The position numbers were made by a program, and so were the translations under genes. Below are positions 13,409 to 26,700 of a DNA stretch of 64,000 nt, one piece after another (the first letter of the stretch is position 1; every line of letters starts with the position of its first letter). Below the pieces are notes generated by a model, which was not told the DNA's origin, made no database searches, and saw nothing but the letters and a program-made list of their open reading frames with translations. Where the stretch lies: NCBI RefSeq assembly GCF_001194135.2, contig NC_068996.1:13108852-13172851 (forward strand), given 5' to 3'. Source of the stretch: Octopus bimaculoides (Eukaryota).

Positions 13409-13779
13409 ACACCACACAAGATAGCTCTGGCGGGGACAAAACTGATCCCCCTAAAAGCAGAACATGGCAAAACATTACCGATCAATTGAACGCCAGAACT
13501 TAATGTATAAAATAAATACAGCCTGCCTAAACCAATTTCTCTATGAGAATTATGAAAGTAATAACAACATCACAGCTGAACAAGCAGCTGGGCAGAAGGG
13601 TGTCCGAAGACGTGCTGAGAAATTGTTGAGAAAAAAAAAACTGTAATATCAGAGGTGCAACAGCATAGGAGGAACCTAATTTCAATGTGTCTGAACTACA
13701 AGAGAACCTTTCATTCTGTTCGCCACCTATGGATGCTAGAAATCCTTAACCTAAAGTTCTAAAATTCTAAAGTACTAAA

Positions 13780-15310
13780 GTTCCAGAGACTATAATCGAA
13801 ACCATAGCTGACCTTATTTCGTCTTGCGCCACCATCTTGAAATTGAATATAAGGTGTGATTGTATTACTATTGATAAAATTCAATGTCGCAGAGGTATAT
13901 TCCAAGGGGACAGCCTCCCTGATGCTGTTCATACTTTCAGTAAACCCCTTGTCATTTATGTTGTGCAAGTCTGAAGTTTATCTCATTGGTTCATAAGGTG
14001 AATGAAATACCAAATTTACTCATTGCTTCTTTGTGAATGATTTGAAACTATATGCCAAAGGCGGCGAGTTGGCAGAAACGTTAGCACGCCGGGCGAAATG
14101 CTTAGGGGTATTTCGTCTGCCGCTACGTTCTGAGTTCAAATTCCGCCGAGGTCGACTTTGCTTTCATCCTTTCGGATTAAATAAGTATCAGTAACGCACT
14201 GGGGTCGATATAATCGACTTAATCCGTTTGTCTGTCCTTGCTTGTCCCCTCTGTGTGTAGTCCCTTGTGGGCAGTAAAGAAATATGAAACTATATGCCAA
14301 TAACATGCATGAATTGAAAAAAAGCCTTGACCTGGGTACAACATTCTCAAAGGATATAAGATTGGAGTTTGGTCAGGATAAATGTTCCTATATGGTTGTG
14401 AACAGAGAGGAAACTGAAAATTAGAATAGCAGCATTCCCATCAATGGCTCGACTGTGACCTTGATATTTGATGAGGAGTGTTATATGTATTTATGAGTAG
14501 TTGAAGACATATCTTACGACGACAACTGTAACCAGCAACGCGTTACTAAATAATAGAAGAGCTAGATGGCAAAATATGAGCCTCGGGACTCTCTGTGTAC
14601 AATAAAGCAGTGGTCCACAATGTGTTTGCAGTACCAATACTCATACCAACATTTGAACTACTTGACGAAACCTGAGCCATTCATGAAAAATCCCCGAAAA
14701 TAGTAACCAACACAAATAATTTTCCCATCAAAAATGGCGTAGACCAACTCTGCCTAAACGAAAACATGGAGGAAGATGCTTAACAACGATCCAGACTGTT
14801 TTTGAATCTTTTGAATATTTCTTCGGCAGTATCCTTTAACCGTCAGGTGGCATAGGGCAACCCTTGACCAAGTCTGCATACACAATGCTGATAACTTTAT
14901 AAGACTTTATAAGTAGCTCTTCGAGCAACGTTCTTCGTCTGGTGACCTTGAATACATGTTCCAAAATTGCACGACTCTATTGTAACATATCATCACATGA
15001 AAAGAAGAGTGTATATCAGAAGAAAACCATGCATCGATATGTTAGCAGAAAGCCCCAGGATGGTAACATTCACCAAATTACCAACTTTCAAATTGTATGG
15101 TACTAATCCAGGTAGGGAAAAAAGCAACCCTGGTGCACAAAACGGACAGAGACGCAAAAAACACCAAAATATGATAACCGATACAGACTTTGTGAACTTA
15201 ACATCGAAGATATCACCGATATCATAACCAGCTGCCCAAAAATGTTATCACGTTATCCATCGATAACACATGATGTAGCCAAGAAACTATACAATGAGAT
15301 CTGTTAAAAC
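13780..15310 (+). mobile_element. R4/Dong-like (RLE-type) non-LTR retrotransposon fragment: RT to CCHC knuckle, decayed, SINE-interrupted
   Basis: RRGIFQGDSL..LFILSVNPLSFML (~13880-13970) and THCFFVNDLKLYA|NNMHELKKSLDL..FSKDIRLEFGQDKC, split by a SINE. Downstream are YNKAVVHNVFAVPILIPTF (~14595-14655) and YRLCELNIEDITDIITSCPKM..HDVAKKLYNEIC (~15180-15305). Confidence 0.88.
14059..14284 (+). mobile_element. tRNA-derived SINE, family A, full length with 16-bp TSD
   Basis: A-box-like ggcagaaacgttagc and B-box gagttcaaattcc. Identical TSD TGAAACTATATGCCAA at 14043-14058 and 14285-14300. Confidence 0.95.
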
Positions 15311-15716
15311 GATAATTATCAGATCATGTATACCTTCCCTGTTAATGTTATTGAAATCCCAATGAAGAAGAGTTGGATCTGGGTTAGAAACCGGCTCTTT
15401 CCCCATTGGCAAGAAATCTAGAATTCAAACTAATAACATACATATATGCGTACACACATATATACGTACGCATATACATACGTACCTACAAATGTACATA
15501 TATACGTATATATACGTACATACATGCATACGTACAAACTTACAAAGTTACCTCGCTGATGTGGTCTAAATTGCAATGAAAGAGCTTGTTTCTTGGCTAA
15601 AAACCAACTCTTTCCGTATTTGTGAGAAATGAATAAATAGATTAATAAATAAAGCCAAGAAAACACACATATTCACACAAACGGACATACACAGAGACAG
15701 ATATAAACACATACAT

Positions 15717-15762
<46 letters not shown>

Positions 15763-15834
15763 GTGTCTCTATGCATTGATGTGTATCTATATTTTTATGC
15801 ACGCATGTACATATGTTTAATATATATTTTATCG

Positions 15835-16030
15835 TTTAATTGATTCAGTCATTGGACTGCGGCCAAGCTGGGGCGCCACCTTTAAGGCTTCGTCGAATAA
15901 ATAGACCTTAGGAATTATGTCTGTTTCTGAAAATCTGCTATTTATTCTATCGGTCTTGCCGAACTGTTAAGTTACTGGGACGTAAACGAATAAACACCGG
16001 TCGTCAAGCGGTAGAAAGGCCAAACACAAA
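15835..16030 (-). mobile_element. SINE family B, 3' part
   Basis: Reverse complement of the ..gactgaaac/aaggcggtgccccagc../cttagcggttc body seen at 23030-23160. Confidence 0.75.
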
Positions 16031-16639
16031 GACTCAAATAGACATGCGCGCATATTTGACCAGCGGGGTTATAAGTATACACACACAGACACCACATTTA
16101 CATACATACACGCATGCAAGCACACACACATCCAAGCACACACACATCCAAGCACACACTACATACACACACACATACATACATACGTAATACATACAAA
16201 CACACACAGACACACAGACACACACACACACATATATACATACATGCATACGTACATACAAATATACAAATATACATACATACATACATACATACATACA
16301 TACACACATAAAACAGACAGAAATAACAGGTTATATGCGTTTATTTATCTATTACGTGCTTACAACTGACTCAGATACGAATTTGGGTGCGGTCATGGTT
16401 CAGTTTTATCGATCGATCAATTGATCAACTGAAAATAGAGGGAACGACCCTGGCAATAATACCTTCATCAGAGTTAAAATAAGTAAATTACACAAGTGTT
16501 AAGTAAAAAATGTAGACCCCCAAACAAAACCGAATTGAATCAAAGCGAAAGAAATCAACAATAAAACAAAAAGAAAAAGGAGAAAACTGAAAATAAAATG
16601 TAAGGGAATGGATATATGGGAATAAAAAACAGAAAGTAA

Positions 16640-19617
16640 AAGGAACATTTTCTTATTAAGTAAGACAAGGAAAAGGGATCGGAGCTAACTATAAAACGAT
16701 CGATGACGTGATGAACACAGGAATTCACGATACATGCCAATGAACAACTTCTACGAAATGTTATTAAACTATGGAAAGACGACTGTGAATCGGAAGAAAT
16801 TATTTCACTACAACGATGGGAAAACAATATCAATTTTTTACTCAACTACGAATACCAATTCAAAAAAGACTACACCTCAGACAACCCCTTTTTTTAAAAA
16901 TTCAAAACAAATACATCCACAGAAACCAATAATCGTACACCCAGATCAAACTTCCAACACAGACACACAAAACTACTCCACCACTGGGAAGACAACCACC
17001 ACCAACTTTACAATAACAATCCTCCATTAATAGGGAATACCAATAAGAACCACCCAATAATAGGAAACACCAGTAAGAAACACCCCATGACAAGGAAGAA
17101 TAATAATAATAATAACAATTATTATTTCAATTCTTTCCCTCCCACAGCTAGAAACAGACAGGGGATCCTACCTACTCCTCAACATAGGAATTCAACTTTC
17201 GGAATTACAACTCCCTCACCCAGACAAAGAGAACAACTTCACAGTATCCCATACAGGACCAAACACACCTACAACTCATTCCATCGTAAACACCCACACC
17301 ACATAATCCCAACCAATTCACCTACACAACAATACTCCCACAATAGCAGCCCTAACACTGAGAACCCCTTCCAACCTAATTACAACAAATAACGTTTTTT
17401 AGACAGAGTAGAAGAGACACAGGGACACGCGTTGGAACATATCTTACGGGAGAAACCCAAAATAATCAATTTATCTAAAAAAAAACTCTCTCCACAACAA
17501 AAATCCATATTTTAGCTAAAGGTTTAAAATTTACACCCACTCTACGTAGACCCAACGCCAATGAAATTAAAGATAATATTGCAGAATTCTGCAGAAAGCT
17601 TCGTTTGACAGAAGCACTTAACAACTACAATAACGATGACGAATCACTAGTGAGAAACGAAAGTAATTATCTACCCCCGAAAGGAAGGAATAAAACACTA
17701 GATGACTTCTGCAACCGTATCCAGAATTTTCCTCACACTATCTATAAACCAAAAATTGTACCTAACTTCAACAACCTACAATGAAAGCACCTACTACAGC
17801 TAAAAGACGACAAAGACCTCAAAGAATCAGACAAAAGTGGTGCTGTAGTAGTGATGGACACAGAATACTATAAAAACCTAGCATTGTCCATACTAGAAAA
17901 TAACTCCTTCTACGAAAAAGTTGCAAATTATAGGCAAAAGAATTTTTTTTATCTTGCAACTTTAATACTCAAACAGAAAAAGAAAAAGACTACATCACAA
18001 ACTTCAAATGCAAACCAAAACTTTTCTGTGGCCTCCCCCAAATCCACAAGAGTCAAATAATTACTATTGCCTGCAAATCGAATCCAGGTCTATGCATAAA
18101 TATCCCAACACCAGAAGACTTAAAATTAAGGCCTATTATAGCCTGTGAAACACACCGCCTAAGCAACTTTCTGGACATACTATTGAAACCTTTCCTCAAA
18201 TACATTAGAAGTTTCATTAGAGACGATCTGGAATGCTAGGGCATCAGCCAAAAACTACCAATGAATAAGACCTATTAATCTCCTTCGATGTCATTAACCT
18301 AACATTCCACATGTCTACGGAATAGAGGCAATAAAATTCTGGTTAGAAAAATACCCCGAAATTCTCCTGGATCGCATAAACCAGACTTCTGTCATTGAAT
18401 CCCTGAAGTTCATTCTACAAAACAATTACTTCCTATTCGATACAACATACTACCGCCAAAAATGCGGTATTGTGATGGGAACGAAAGCAGCGCCTGTTCT
18501 TGCGAACCTAATAATGGGTTTCTTTGAATCTACCCTATATGAACTTTCGCTCCAAAAATTTGGAACCCCATTCCACCAGTATATAAGAGAAAACTGAAAA
18601 AGGAACTTAGACGATTGTTTTATCATCTGGAATGAAGCCTATGATAAACTCCTGGATTTCAAATCCACACTGAACAATATAAACCCCAACATCAAATTTA
18701 CAATGGAATATAGCAAGGAACAGCTCCCATTTCTGGACATTTTGATTTTAAAATATCTAACAACCAAATTGCAACTGACATTTAGTACAAACCAACAGAC
18801 TCAAGACAGTATCTTCTTTTCAATTCATGCCATCCTAAATACACCAAAATATATATCCCATTCAATCTAGCGAAAAGGATCTTAACAATTGTATCTGACA
18901 CCACTCAGGAACTTCGCCTACAAGAACTCAAAATAACACTCATTGAACGTCAATACCCACCTAGACTTATAGAACATGGAATTAAATGTGCCAAGACATC
19001 GGACACAAACACTAAGGACAACAACACAAAACACTACACCTCACCTTAAATCACTCCAATGCATATCAACCCACAACCCCAGAAACAATGAAGCATACAC
19101 ACAATTATACAAAATCTCCCTCTGTTCACTCAAGACCCGAAAATGAACAGCATCCTAAACACACAAAAACTCCTCAAATCCAACAGACAAGAGAAATCAC
19201 TCAAGTGACTCCTAACAAATGCAAAACTATACTCTATACATACAATACCAACAGTTAAAAAATGCAGACGACCTAATTGTGGTACATGCCCATAACTAAC
19301 TGAAGGCTCGGAATTCACATTCCAGCAAGGACAAAAATTCTCAATTATGACCAACTTTACATGTGCTTCCCAGAACCTTATGTATGAGCCTTACTTTGAG
19401 ACGCAGATTCATGCCTCATAAAGAACAGATTCGTTTCCCTCAATACAGGCAGATAGCACTGAGCGGACATATCGACAGATGCGCAGGTAATAAAACGCCG
19501 AATTTTCATATCTTCCCATTATACCAATGCAAAGATTCAATCGCAGTACAAGAACGCCTAAACACTGAAAACCTTTTCATACAAAAGTACCGACCACACC
19601 TCAATATACAAATTTGA
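16640..19617 (+). mobile_element. Near full-length Penelope-like element (N-terminal region, RT, GIY-YIG), inactivated
   Basis: KPKIINLSKKKLSPQQKSI/LAKGLKFTPT (~17454-17541), KESDKSGAVVVMD and LISFDVINL. Also QNNYFLFD..RQKCGIVMGTKAAPVLANLIMG, N*KRNLDDCFIIW (LDD 18607-18615), NFTCASQNLMY and a C-terminus ending FIQKYRPHLNIQI* (19617). Multiple stops and frameshifts. Confidence 0.93.
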
Positions 19618-20249
19618 CCATTTTAAAAATTATATTAAGGAGCCAGTTGTCCCCCTTGCCACCTGTTGCTTCCCTTGGTTCACTCTCTAGACTCATTCTT
19701 ATTTTTCAAACATGATGAGTCCCCTTTGTCACGGGAATTGACTACCGTACAATATCCCTTGAAAAGCTAATTTAAATAGCGAAAACGGGTTGGATTTCAT
19801 GACATCCATATAATATGTGTATATTCATAAAAAGATATTAAACTATATGAAACGAAGGCATTTCTCTTCCACTTTTTATACTTGTTTTCCACATATTTTC
19901 AAATATATATATATATATATATGCGAGTAAAAATAAATACAAAAAAGGTGGGGTTTTTTTGTATGATTGTGTATAGAGGAATATATTATTTTGCTTAAAA
20001 GAGTTCCAACACTGTCTGTTTTTTATGTTTTATTTATATTCCTGCAGAACTAATGTGGGGTATAGAATATGGAATATACAATATATAATATGATATACAA
20101 TATACAATATAAAATAAAATAAAATAAAAATGGATGGCACCATGAAAGAAAGTATTGAATGTAGATGAAATATTGAGTGTTCAATATAAAGGATCAAATA
20201 TATAAATATATAAATATAAATATATATATATAATATATTTATATATATA

Positions 20250-20490
20250 ATAAGCATGTGTGTGTGAGCGTGTGTGTGTGTGTATCTGTGATTGTCCCTT
20301 ACCGCCGCTTGACGACTGGTGTTTGTGTGTTTGCGTCCCCGTGATTTAGCTGTTCGGCCAAAGACCGATAGAATAAGTACCAGGCTTAAAAACGTACTGG
20401 GGTTGATTCGTTCGACTAAAATTAATTGTTCAAGGCGGTGCCCCAGCATGGCTGTAGACTAGTGACTGAAACAAGTAAAAGTACAAGATA
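20250..20490 (+). mobile_element. SINE family B, 3' half
   Basis: cgcttgacgactggtg..gtccccgtgatttagctgttcggccaaagaccgatagaataagtacc..aaggcggtgccccagcatggc..gactgaaacaagtaaaag. Confidence 0.85.
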
Positions 20491-21254
20491 AGGGTCAAAA
20501 GATTTCGTCACTTTTAAATATATATATTTCCACCAAATCTGTCACCTGAGCGGTGTTGCTGATTCCATAGTGATATCTAAATTGTTGGCTTATACTTCAT
20601 AGTCCAAAACATACTATCATACTTGATAATTGTGCTACCTTTTAGTTTGTATGTTTCCAAATATTCCTCGCTCACATAACTTACAAAAATATAATAGTAA
20701 ATGCCAGAAGCCTGGTACTGATCTAACATAATTTTTCAAAAATATAGTAGTAAACTACAAAAGCCTAACACAGACGATAAAGAGGTTGTAGGGTGTCAAA
20801 TTTCTTTACTGGATGTCAAACCTATTCACCCGTCGTAAGAGATAACAATAGCTTAAGGTTGATGGCTAGATGCAGGCGACCTAGTTCTGTATAAATGCCA
20901 CACTAACCCTATTCCATTCTCTCTCTCTTTTTTTTTTATTTCTTGTGTTTCTTTGGCAGTCGATTTGCTTTTGCTCTGACGAAAGTATCATTGCCCTGAT
21001 CATTCCTTATATTTTAAGTCTATCAATCAATCGATTGATAAAATTGAACCACGAACGCACCCAAATGAATATCAGAAACTGCTATAAGCCTGTAACAGAT
21101 GTCAATAATATAATATTTCTGGCTATTTTATGTGTTACTCTATAAAAACGTATCATCTTCACTGGGTAATGCAACCATTAATTTATAAATTTCTCTGGTG
21201 ATGGACTTCGACGTCGGCTTTCGACTTCATATGACCTGGGGTATACCAGAGGGT

Positions 21255-21418
21255 ACTGTGAAGCCCCTAGATTGAAGGGTGTCGCAAAAGGCCTGGTTGA
21301 AGATCCAACCTTCCGAGTTCTTCTACAGGGCTTAGAAAATCTGAAGGAACGCTACAATAAGTATGTGAATCTGAGTGGGAAATATGTTGAATAAAATCAT
21401 AATTAACTGATCCTCCTA
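21255..21418 (+). mobile_element. Mariner transposase C-terminal remnant
   Basis: AWLKIQPSEFFY/GLENLKERYNKYVNLSGKYVE* (stop 21392-21394) matches the mariner C-terminus FY..GI.KL..RW.KCV...G.YVE. A homologous copy is at 51020. Confidence 0.8.
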
Positions 21419-21492
21419 CACACACTCACACACACACACACATACACACACACGTACACACACACACATACACACACACATACACACACATA

Positions 21493-21551
<59 letters not shown>

Positions 21552-22263
21552 NNNNNNNNNNNNNNNNNNNNNNNNNNNNNNNNNNNNNNNNNNNNNNNNN
21601 NNNNNNNNNNNNNNNNNNNNNNNNNNNNNNNNNNNNNNNNNNNNNNNNNNNNNNNNNNNNNNNNNNNNNNCACATATATATGTGTATATATATATACATA
21701 TATATACATATACATATATAATATATATATACACACACATATATATATGTATATATATAATATATATAAATATAAATACATATGGATCTAGGACTTTTCA
21801 TCTAAAACACTTCGGCCTAATGCACTTTGTATCTAAATGCCCTTTAGTATATAAAGATTTTTATCTAAACTCACTTTGGTCTAATAACTACTTTGCCTAC
21901 AGAAGCTCAAAAATGAAAATGTAAAAGATCTAAATAACTATACTCCAATAATCCTTTGTGTCTTTAGACGAAAATGCTTTTAGACCAAAGTATCTAAGAC
22001 CAAAGTGCCGTATTTCATGCATATATATATATATATATATATGTATACACACGCACGCGCGCATATATATATACATATATAGATATCAATATTTATATGT
22101 TAACAGAACAAACTTACACACAGTACAAAATTAAAGGGGAAAAGATATGATGTTACATGTCCTACAGCTGTTTCTGGGGGCTCAAAAGTTACTTGATAAT
22201 GTAGGCAGATGTAGTTCACCAGGATATGTAACCAATAATGGAAGCAAATAAAGGTACGACTTC

Positions 22264-22327
22264 CGTCTTCAGGATGGAGAGATAAAAATCAGACTGATTA
22301 GATTTTTATCTCTCCATCCTGAAGACG
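22264..22327. repeat. Perfect 27-bp inverted repeat with 10-nt spacer
   Basis: cgtcttcaggatggagagataaaaatc (22264-22290) / gatttttatctctccatcctgaagacg (22301-22327). Confidence 0.95.
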
Positions 22328-22764
22328 TGATCGACTTACACATACTCCTGTATTTGCTGGCCTTGTGCAAACATTTGGGACCAATATGTAATTTTCCATG
22401 AATCCTTGAAACGTGACTTTAGGAATGGAAGGGTAAATCAGTGGATGAAATGTAGCATATTGAATTGAATGAAAATGTTTCTTGGAATGTGCCTTATATT
22501 TTTATTCGTACACGATTTTATACTCTGTGCTGATCTAGGAAGATTTCCCGTTAATCTTTGATAAAAACAAATGAAATTAATATATTGAAAGTAAAGACTT
22601 AAGCAGAAATAGGAAAATAGATATGAATTATTTAGGAATAAAATTTTCCTTATTTCGAAAGTAAATTATTGTAAACCTGAAGTTGTGCAGATAAATAGTG
22701 TTTTTTCGTTGTGTATGGCTGTAATTTGGCATTGTTAGGCTTATTTCTATAAGAACAATATTTG

Positions 22765-23160
22765 TTATAGCGTGGCTGCGTGGTACGAAGCTTGCATCCC
22801 AATCACATGGTTCCGAGTTCAGTCCCACTGCGTGGCACCTCGGGTAAATGTCTGCTACTATAGCCTTGGGCCGACCAATGCTTGGTGAGTCGATTTGGCT
22901 GACGAAAACTGGAAGAAGTCTGTCGTATGCATGAATGCATGCATGTATGTATGTGTGTATGTGTGCGTATCTTTGTGACAATGTTTTTCCTTACCATCAC
23001 TTGAAAACCGGTATTGGTGTGTTTACGTCCCCGTAACTTAGCGGTTCAGCAAAAAAGAACGATAAAAAAGCAAGTACTAGTGTCTATTCATTCGATTAAA
23101 AAATTATTCAAGGCAGTGCCCCAGAATGAGTGCAGTCTAATGACTGAAACAAGTAAAAGA
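22765..23160 (+). mobile_element. tRNA-derived SINE, family B, full length
   Basis: gcgtggctgcgtggtacgaagcttgcatcccaatcacatggttccgagttcagtcccactgcg head, internal TG tract and gactgaaacaagtaaaaga tail. Confidence 0.92.
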
Positions 23161-24754
23161 TAAGAGATAGAAAATAAAGATATACTCAACACTGCACATT
23201 CTCGATAAGGCAACGTAGAGTTGCCCATGTATGATTAGTGGTTTTGCTAAATGCAAATTAATCTTCTAAAATGTCTGTCCTTGCGGTTTATTAATTGTCA
23301 TTGCCATTGCTAATCTAATAGGAAATTGCTGTCTAATTAATGTAAATAACTTTACACCAACTGAAGAAAGAGTGGCTCTTGGAATAAACAAAGTTTTCTG
23401 TGTCATGTGGGCCTTCAATCATAATTTTGCCTTAATGATTTTTGCATGAATATCTTGAATAACTAAATGTATACCATTACACATGCCATTAGCCTGGTTA
23501 ATTGTATGTCGTATGATAATATTTAATTTTAATTGGTGTGATGGCAAACCTGAAACGTTTAGTGTATTTAAGTACTCTGTAGTGAATTCTCAAGAGTTAG
23601 CCTGATTCGAACATTGATCTTGACTAAGCAATACATTTTCAACTCCTGGGAATATTTATAGTATCTCCTCATTAATAAGATCAGTATCAACATTTTTGAA
23701 GTCATTGAAATCATGAACAATGTTACATCCCTGGCCCTGTAGCAATTTCACTATTCCTACTACTACAAACCGATTTCCTACATGGGGTACGAACTTGTTG
23801 AACTGAATTTGTTTATTCTGATCCTCCGAATTCTGTGCATAGGGTTTTAGCCGCATGTTTTCTGTCAGTTGACTTTGTTTTTCTGTTTCCATAAAGAAGA
23901 ATTATTGAAACTACTGTCCACTACAAAGCAACATACAATGGACCAAGCCACAAAAGATTTATTTTCTAATTTAACAAAATTATTTAGTAAGGTACTCCTG
24001 AAACTGAAATACATTTTCTATTCACTTCAAGGTTATGATAATATTTCATTTCATCTTTCTCTTATATATTGCATTAAGAAAGATGAACAGAAAGAATGAC
24101 ATTTTAAAATTTCATAAATTGAAAAATGTTTTCAATAAATGCAAAAATATATAAGTTTAGGTTAACAATAAAATGTATTTTCAGAGTACATGTAAAATTA
24201 CATTTATGTATTGACTCCTAAGGTTTTTTAGGCTGGTGCTTCTAACAGGTTTATCGGCCAACGTATCTATGCACGCGTGTTTTTCCTACATACAGAGATA
24301 AGAAATTGAAATTGAAAGCTTTAAATTTCAGAAAGGGAAACAATGTTTTCAGTGAATGTAAAAATACATACATTTCAAGCAGTGAAGTATTTTTATGGGA
24401 GAGGAGGCGGGAAATACAGTTGTAGTTGTAAATTCTATAAGCCTTAATTTCAGAGAGGAAAGAGAAAATATAATTTTGAAGAAAAAGAACAGATTATTGT
24501 TTTATTTAAAATTAAAAAAAAACGAGTGGAAACTTTAACGGAAATTACTGCCTGGATCGTTGAGTTTCTCTATATGGCTGCTGAACCTATTAGAAATAGC
24601 AGTCAAACAATACTATCGGATGAAAATGTCTTGAGGAAATTTCGAACTTGGGTTCTCATGCTTCAGTCTGAGGATTGCGTGAAGGCACTAGGCGTGTTAA
24701 ATATGCTGTCTAAGTCGTTTTCATCGCAGTACCAGACAGTGGCTGTCATGGCTT

Positions 24755-25270
24755 CTGATCTTAATTGATTGGAAGTGTTATCATGTACATTGTTTTGTCT
24801 TGGTATAAAAGATGGGCTACAGCAAATATTCTGCTTAATACCACATATTTGCTTGTCAGTTGTTTGACCTTAACCAGTTGAGCATAGCCCTTGGTGGCTG
24901 ATGATATGTGCATCCCTGATCATGAGCAGAAGTAGTGGAGGAGCATCATAGCCATGTGTTGAGAGGAATTCTTTGGGGTTTGAATAATTCACCTTTGGAA
25001 ACATGGGTGTTTTGCTCAACATCCTTAAACAAATTTATTCAGGGACCTTTTGAGCGGGATGGGCTACTCGACCTGAAGAAAATTCTAACTGGGCCCCACC
25101 TGCGAGGTCATGCACTGTTTATCTTGATATGAGATCACCATGTCACGCACATATCGTTATGATGCATGTGCCTGGTGTACCCTTATCAGATGGGTAGTCA
25201 TGATGGGTATACTGGGCTTCGTATATTTTACCCCAGTGTCACTTTGATGGCATGCGCTGCTCTCTCACTC

Positions 25271-25334
<64 letters not shown>

Positions 25335-25345
25335 GTAATAATAAT
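24755..25345 (+). mobile_element. Retroposed repeat 3' region with (AAT)n tail (LINE 3' UTR or long SINE)
   Basis: A GC-richer ~500-bp block ends abruptly in (AAT)n at ~25270-25345. The family assignment is not established. Confidence 0.55.
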
Positions 25346-25394
25346 AGCTTCAAATTGTAGCTCAAGACTAGCAATTTCCGGTGTGTGCTCAACT

Positions 25395-25520
25395 GGTACT
25401 TATTCTATTGATCCCCGAATGGATGGACGGCATCGGTGGAACTTGAACCCAGAATGTGAAGACGGCCGAAATACTGCTAAGCATTTTGCCCAGCGTGCTA
25501 ACTATTCCGCCAGCTCGTCG
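25395..25520 (-). mobile_element. SINE family A head
   Basis: Reverse complement of ggcgagctggcggaatagttagcacgctgggcaaaatgcttagcagtatttcg..gggttcaagttcc. Confidence 0.85.
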
Positions 25521-26076
25521 TCTTTGATAATAATGATGACAATGATGATGATGATGATGCTGATCATGATGATGATGATGATAAGATAGAAATTTAGAAA
25601 AAAGAAGAAGAAAACAACAACAACAACAACAACAAGATGAAAATGCGAATCCTGCATATAATGAGATAAACACGAGGATAGAAAGCAAAAATTATATAAA
25701 TATAAATGAAAAATTTATGTTTGAATTTTTTAAAACATCTTTTTGGTTTTTCTGATTCCAAATAAGGAACGACATCGCAAATTAAAAGATAGATTTCTTT
25801 AAGTATACCTTTCAACTATTTATCTTTGTCTTGAATTTTTTTGGCTATATATTTCCATTTTATTTTTGTTTCTTTGTAATATTGTTTTCATTTTCAATTT
25901 AATCAGGTACATTTTTTCTTCTTTCTCTGCGAAACCAAATAGCTTTCATGTTAATGTTCGCATTACAAACAATCTTGAGTTTACTAAGTCAAGAAAACTA
26001 GTTTTGAAGAAACAAGTAGCTGCTGTTAAACTCATTCTTAATCATAACAATGTAAATTTTCTTTCCTTATTTATCA

Positions 26077-26145
<69 letters not shown>

Positions 26146-26339
26146 TAAAATTTGTTGATTTAATGCTTTTTGCCATGTATACTCACATTTCATCTTTTGA
26201 TAGTATTGTATTGTAAGTCTACTTACATTTCAAATCTATTTTACTTTAACATTCAACTCTATGTAAATCCTCAAATTTCATGTTCGTCTTTGTATTGCCC
26301 CAATTATACGATGACCCGGTGGCAAATAAAAGAAATCTG

Positions 26340-26516
26340 CCTCTCCCAGTTCGTCATTATCATAATCATCATCGTCATCGTCATCCTCATCGTAATCATC
26401 ACCATCATCATCATCACTATCATCATCGTCGTTGTCATCGTCATCGTCATCGTCGTCATCGTAACCCCCACCACCACCACCACCAACATTCCCCCATCAT
26501 CATCATCATAATCATC

Positions 26517-26574
<58 letters not shown>

Positions 26575-26617
26575 CCATCATCATCATCATTATCATCATC
26601 ATCATCATCACCATCAC

Positions 26618-26692
<75 letters not shown>

Positions 26693-26700
26693 TATCATCG
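26340..26700. repeat. (CAT)n/(CGT)n/(CAC)n compound trinucleotide tract
   Basis: Direct inspection. The poly-His/Ile/Met ORFs here are artefacts of the tract. Confidence 0.95.

Noticed and set aside
14059-14160. tRNA gene (A and B boxes; also other SINE heads)
   Set aside because: The boxes belong to SINE heads continuous with SINE bodies and TSDs. No complete cloverleaf was seen.
16455-16473. Minus-strand CTGATGAAGG near the 5' end of the long Penelope
   Set aside because: No GAAA or NUH follows the short potential stem.
23535-23562. gtgtgatggcaaacctgaaacgttt, hammerhead-like 3' half
   Set aside because: CUGANGA and stem II are not intact. At most it is a decayed PLE terminus.
23890-23991. 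Candidate host exon (..ttccataaag|AAGAATTATTG..AGTAAG|gtactc; ELLKLLSTTKQHTMDQATKDLFSNLTKLFSK)
   Set aside because: The splice signals are weak, the peptide is unrecognised and there are no partner exons. It cannot be supported without RNA-seq.
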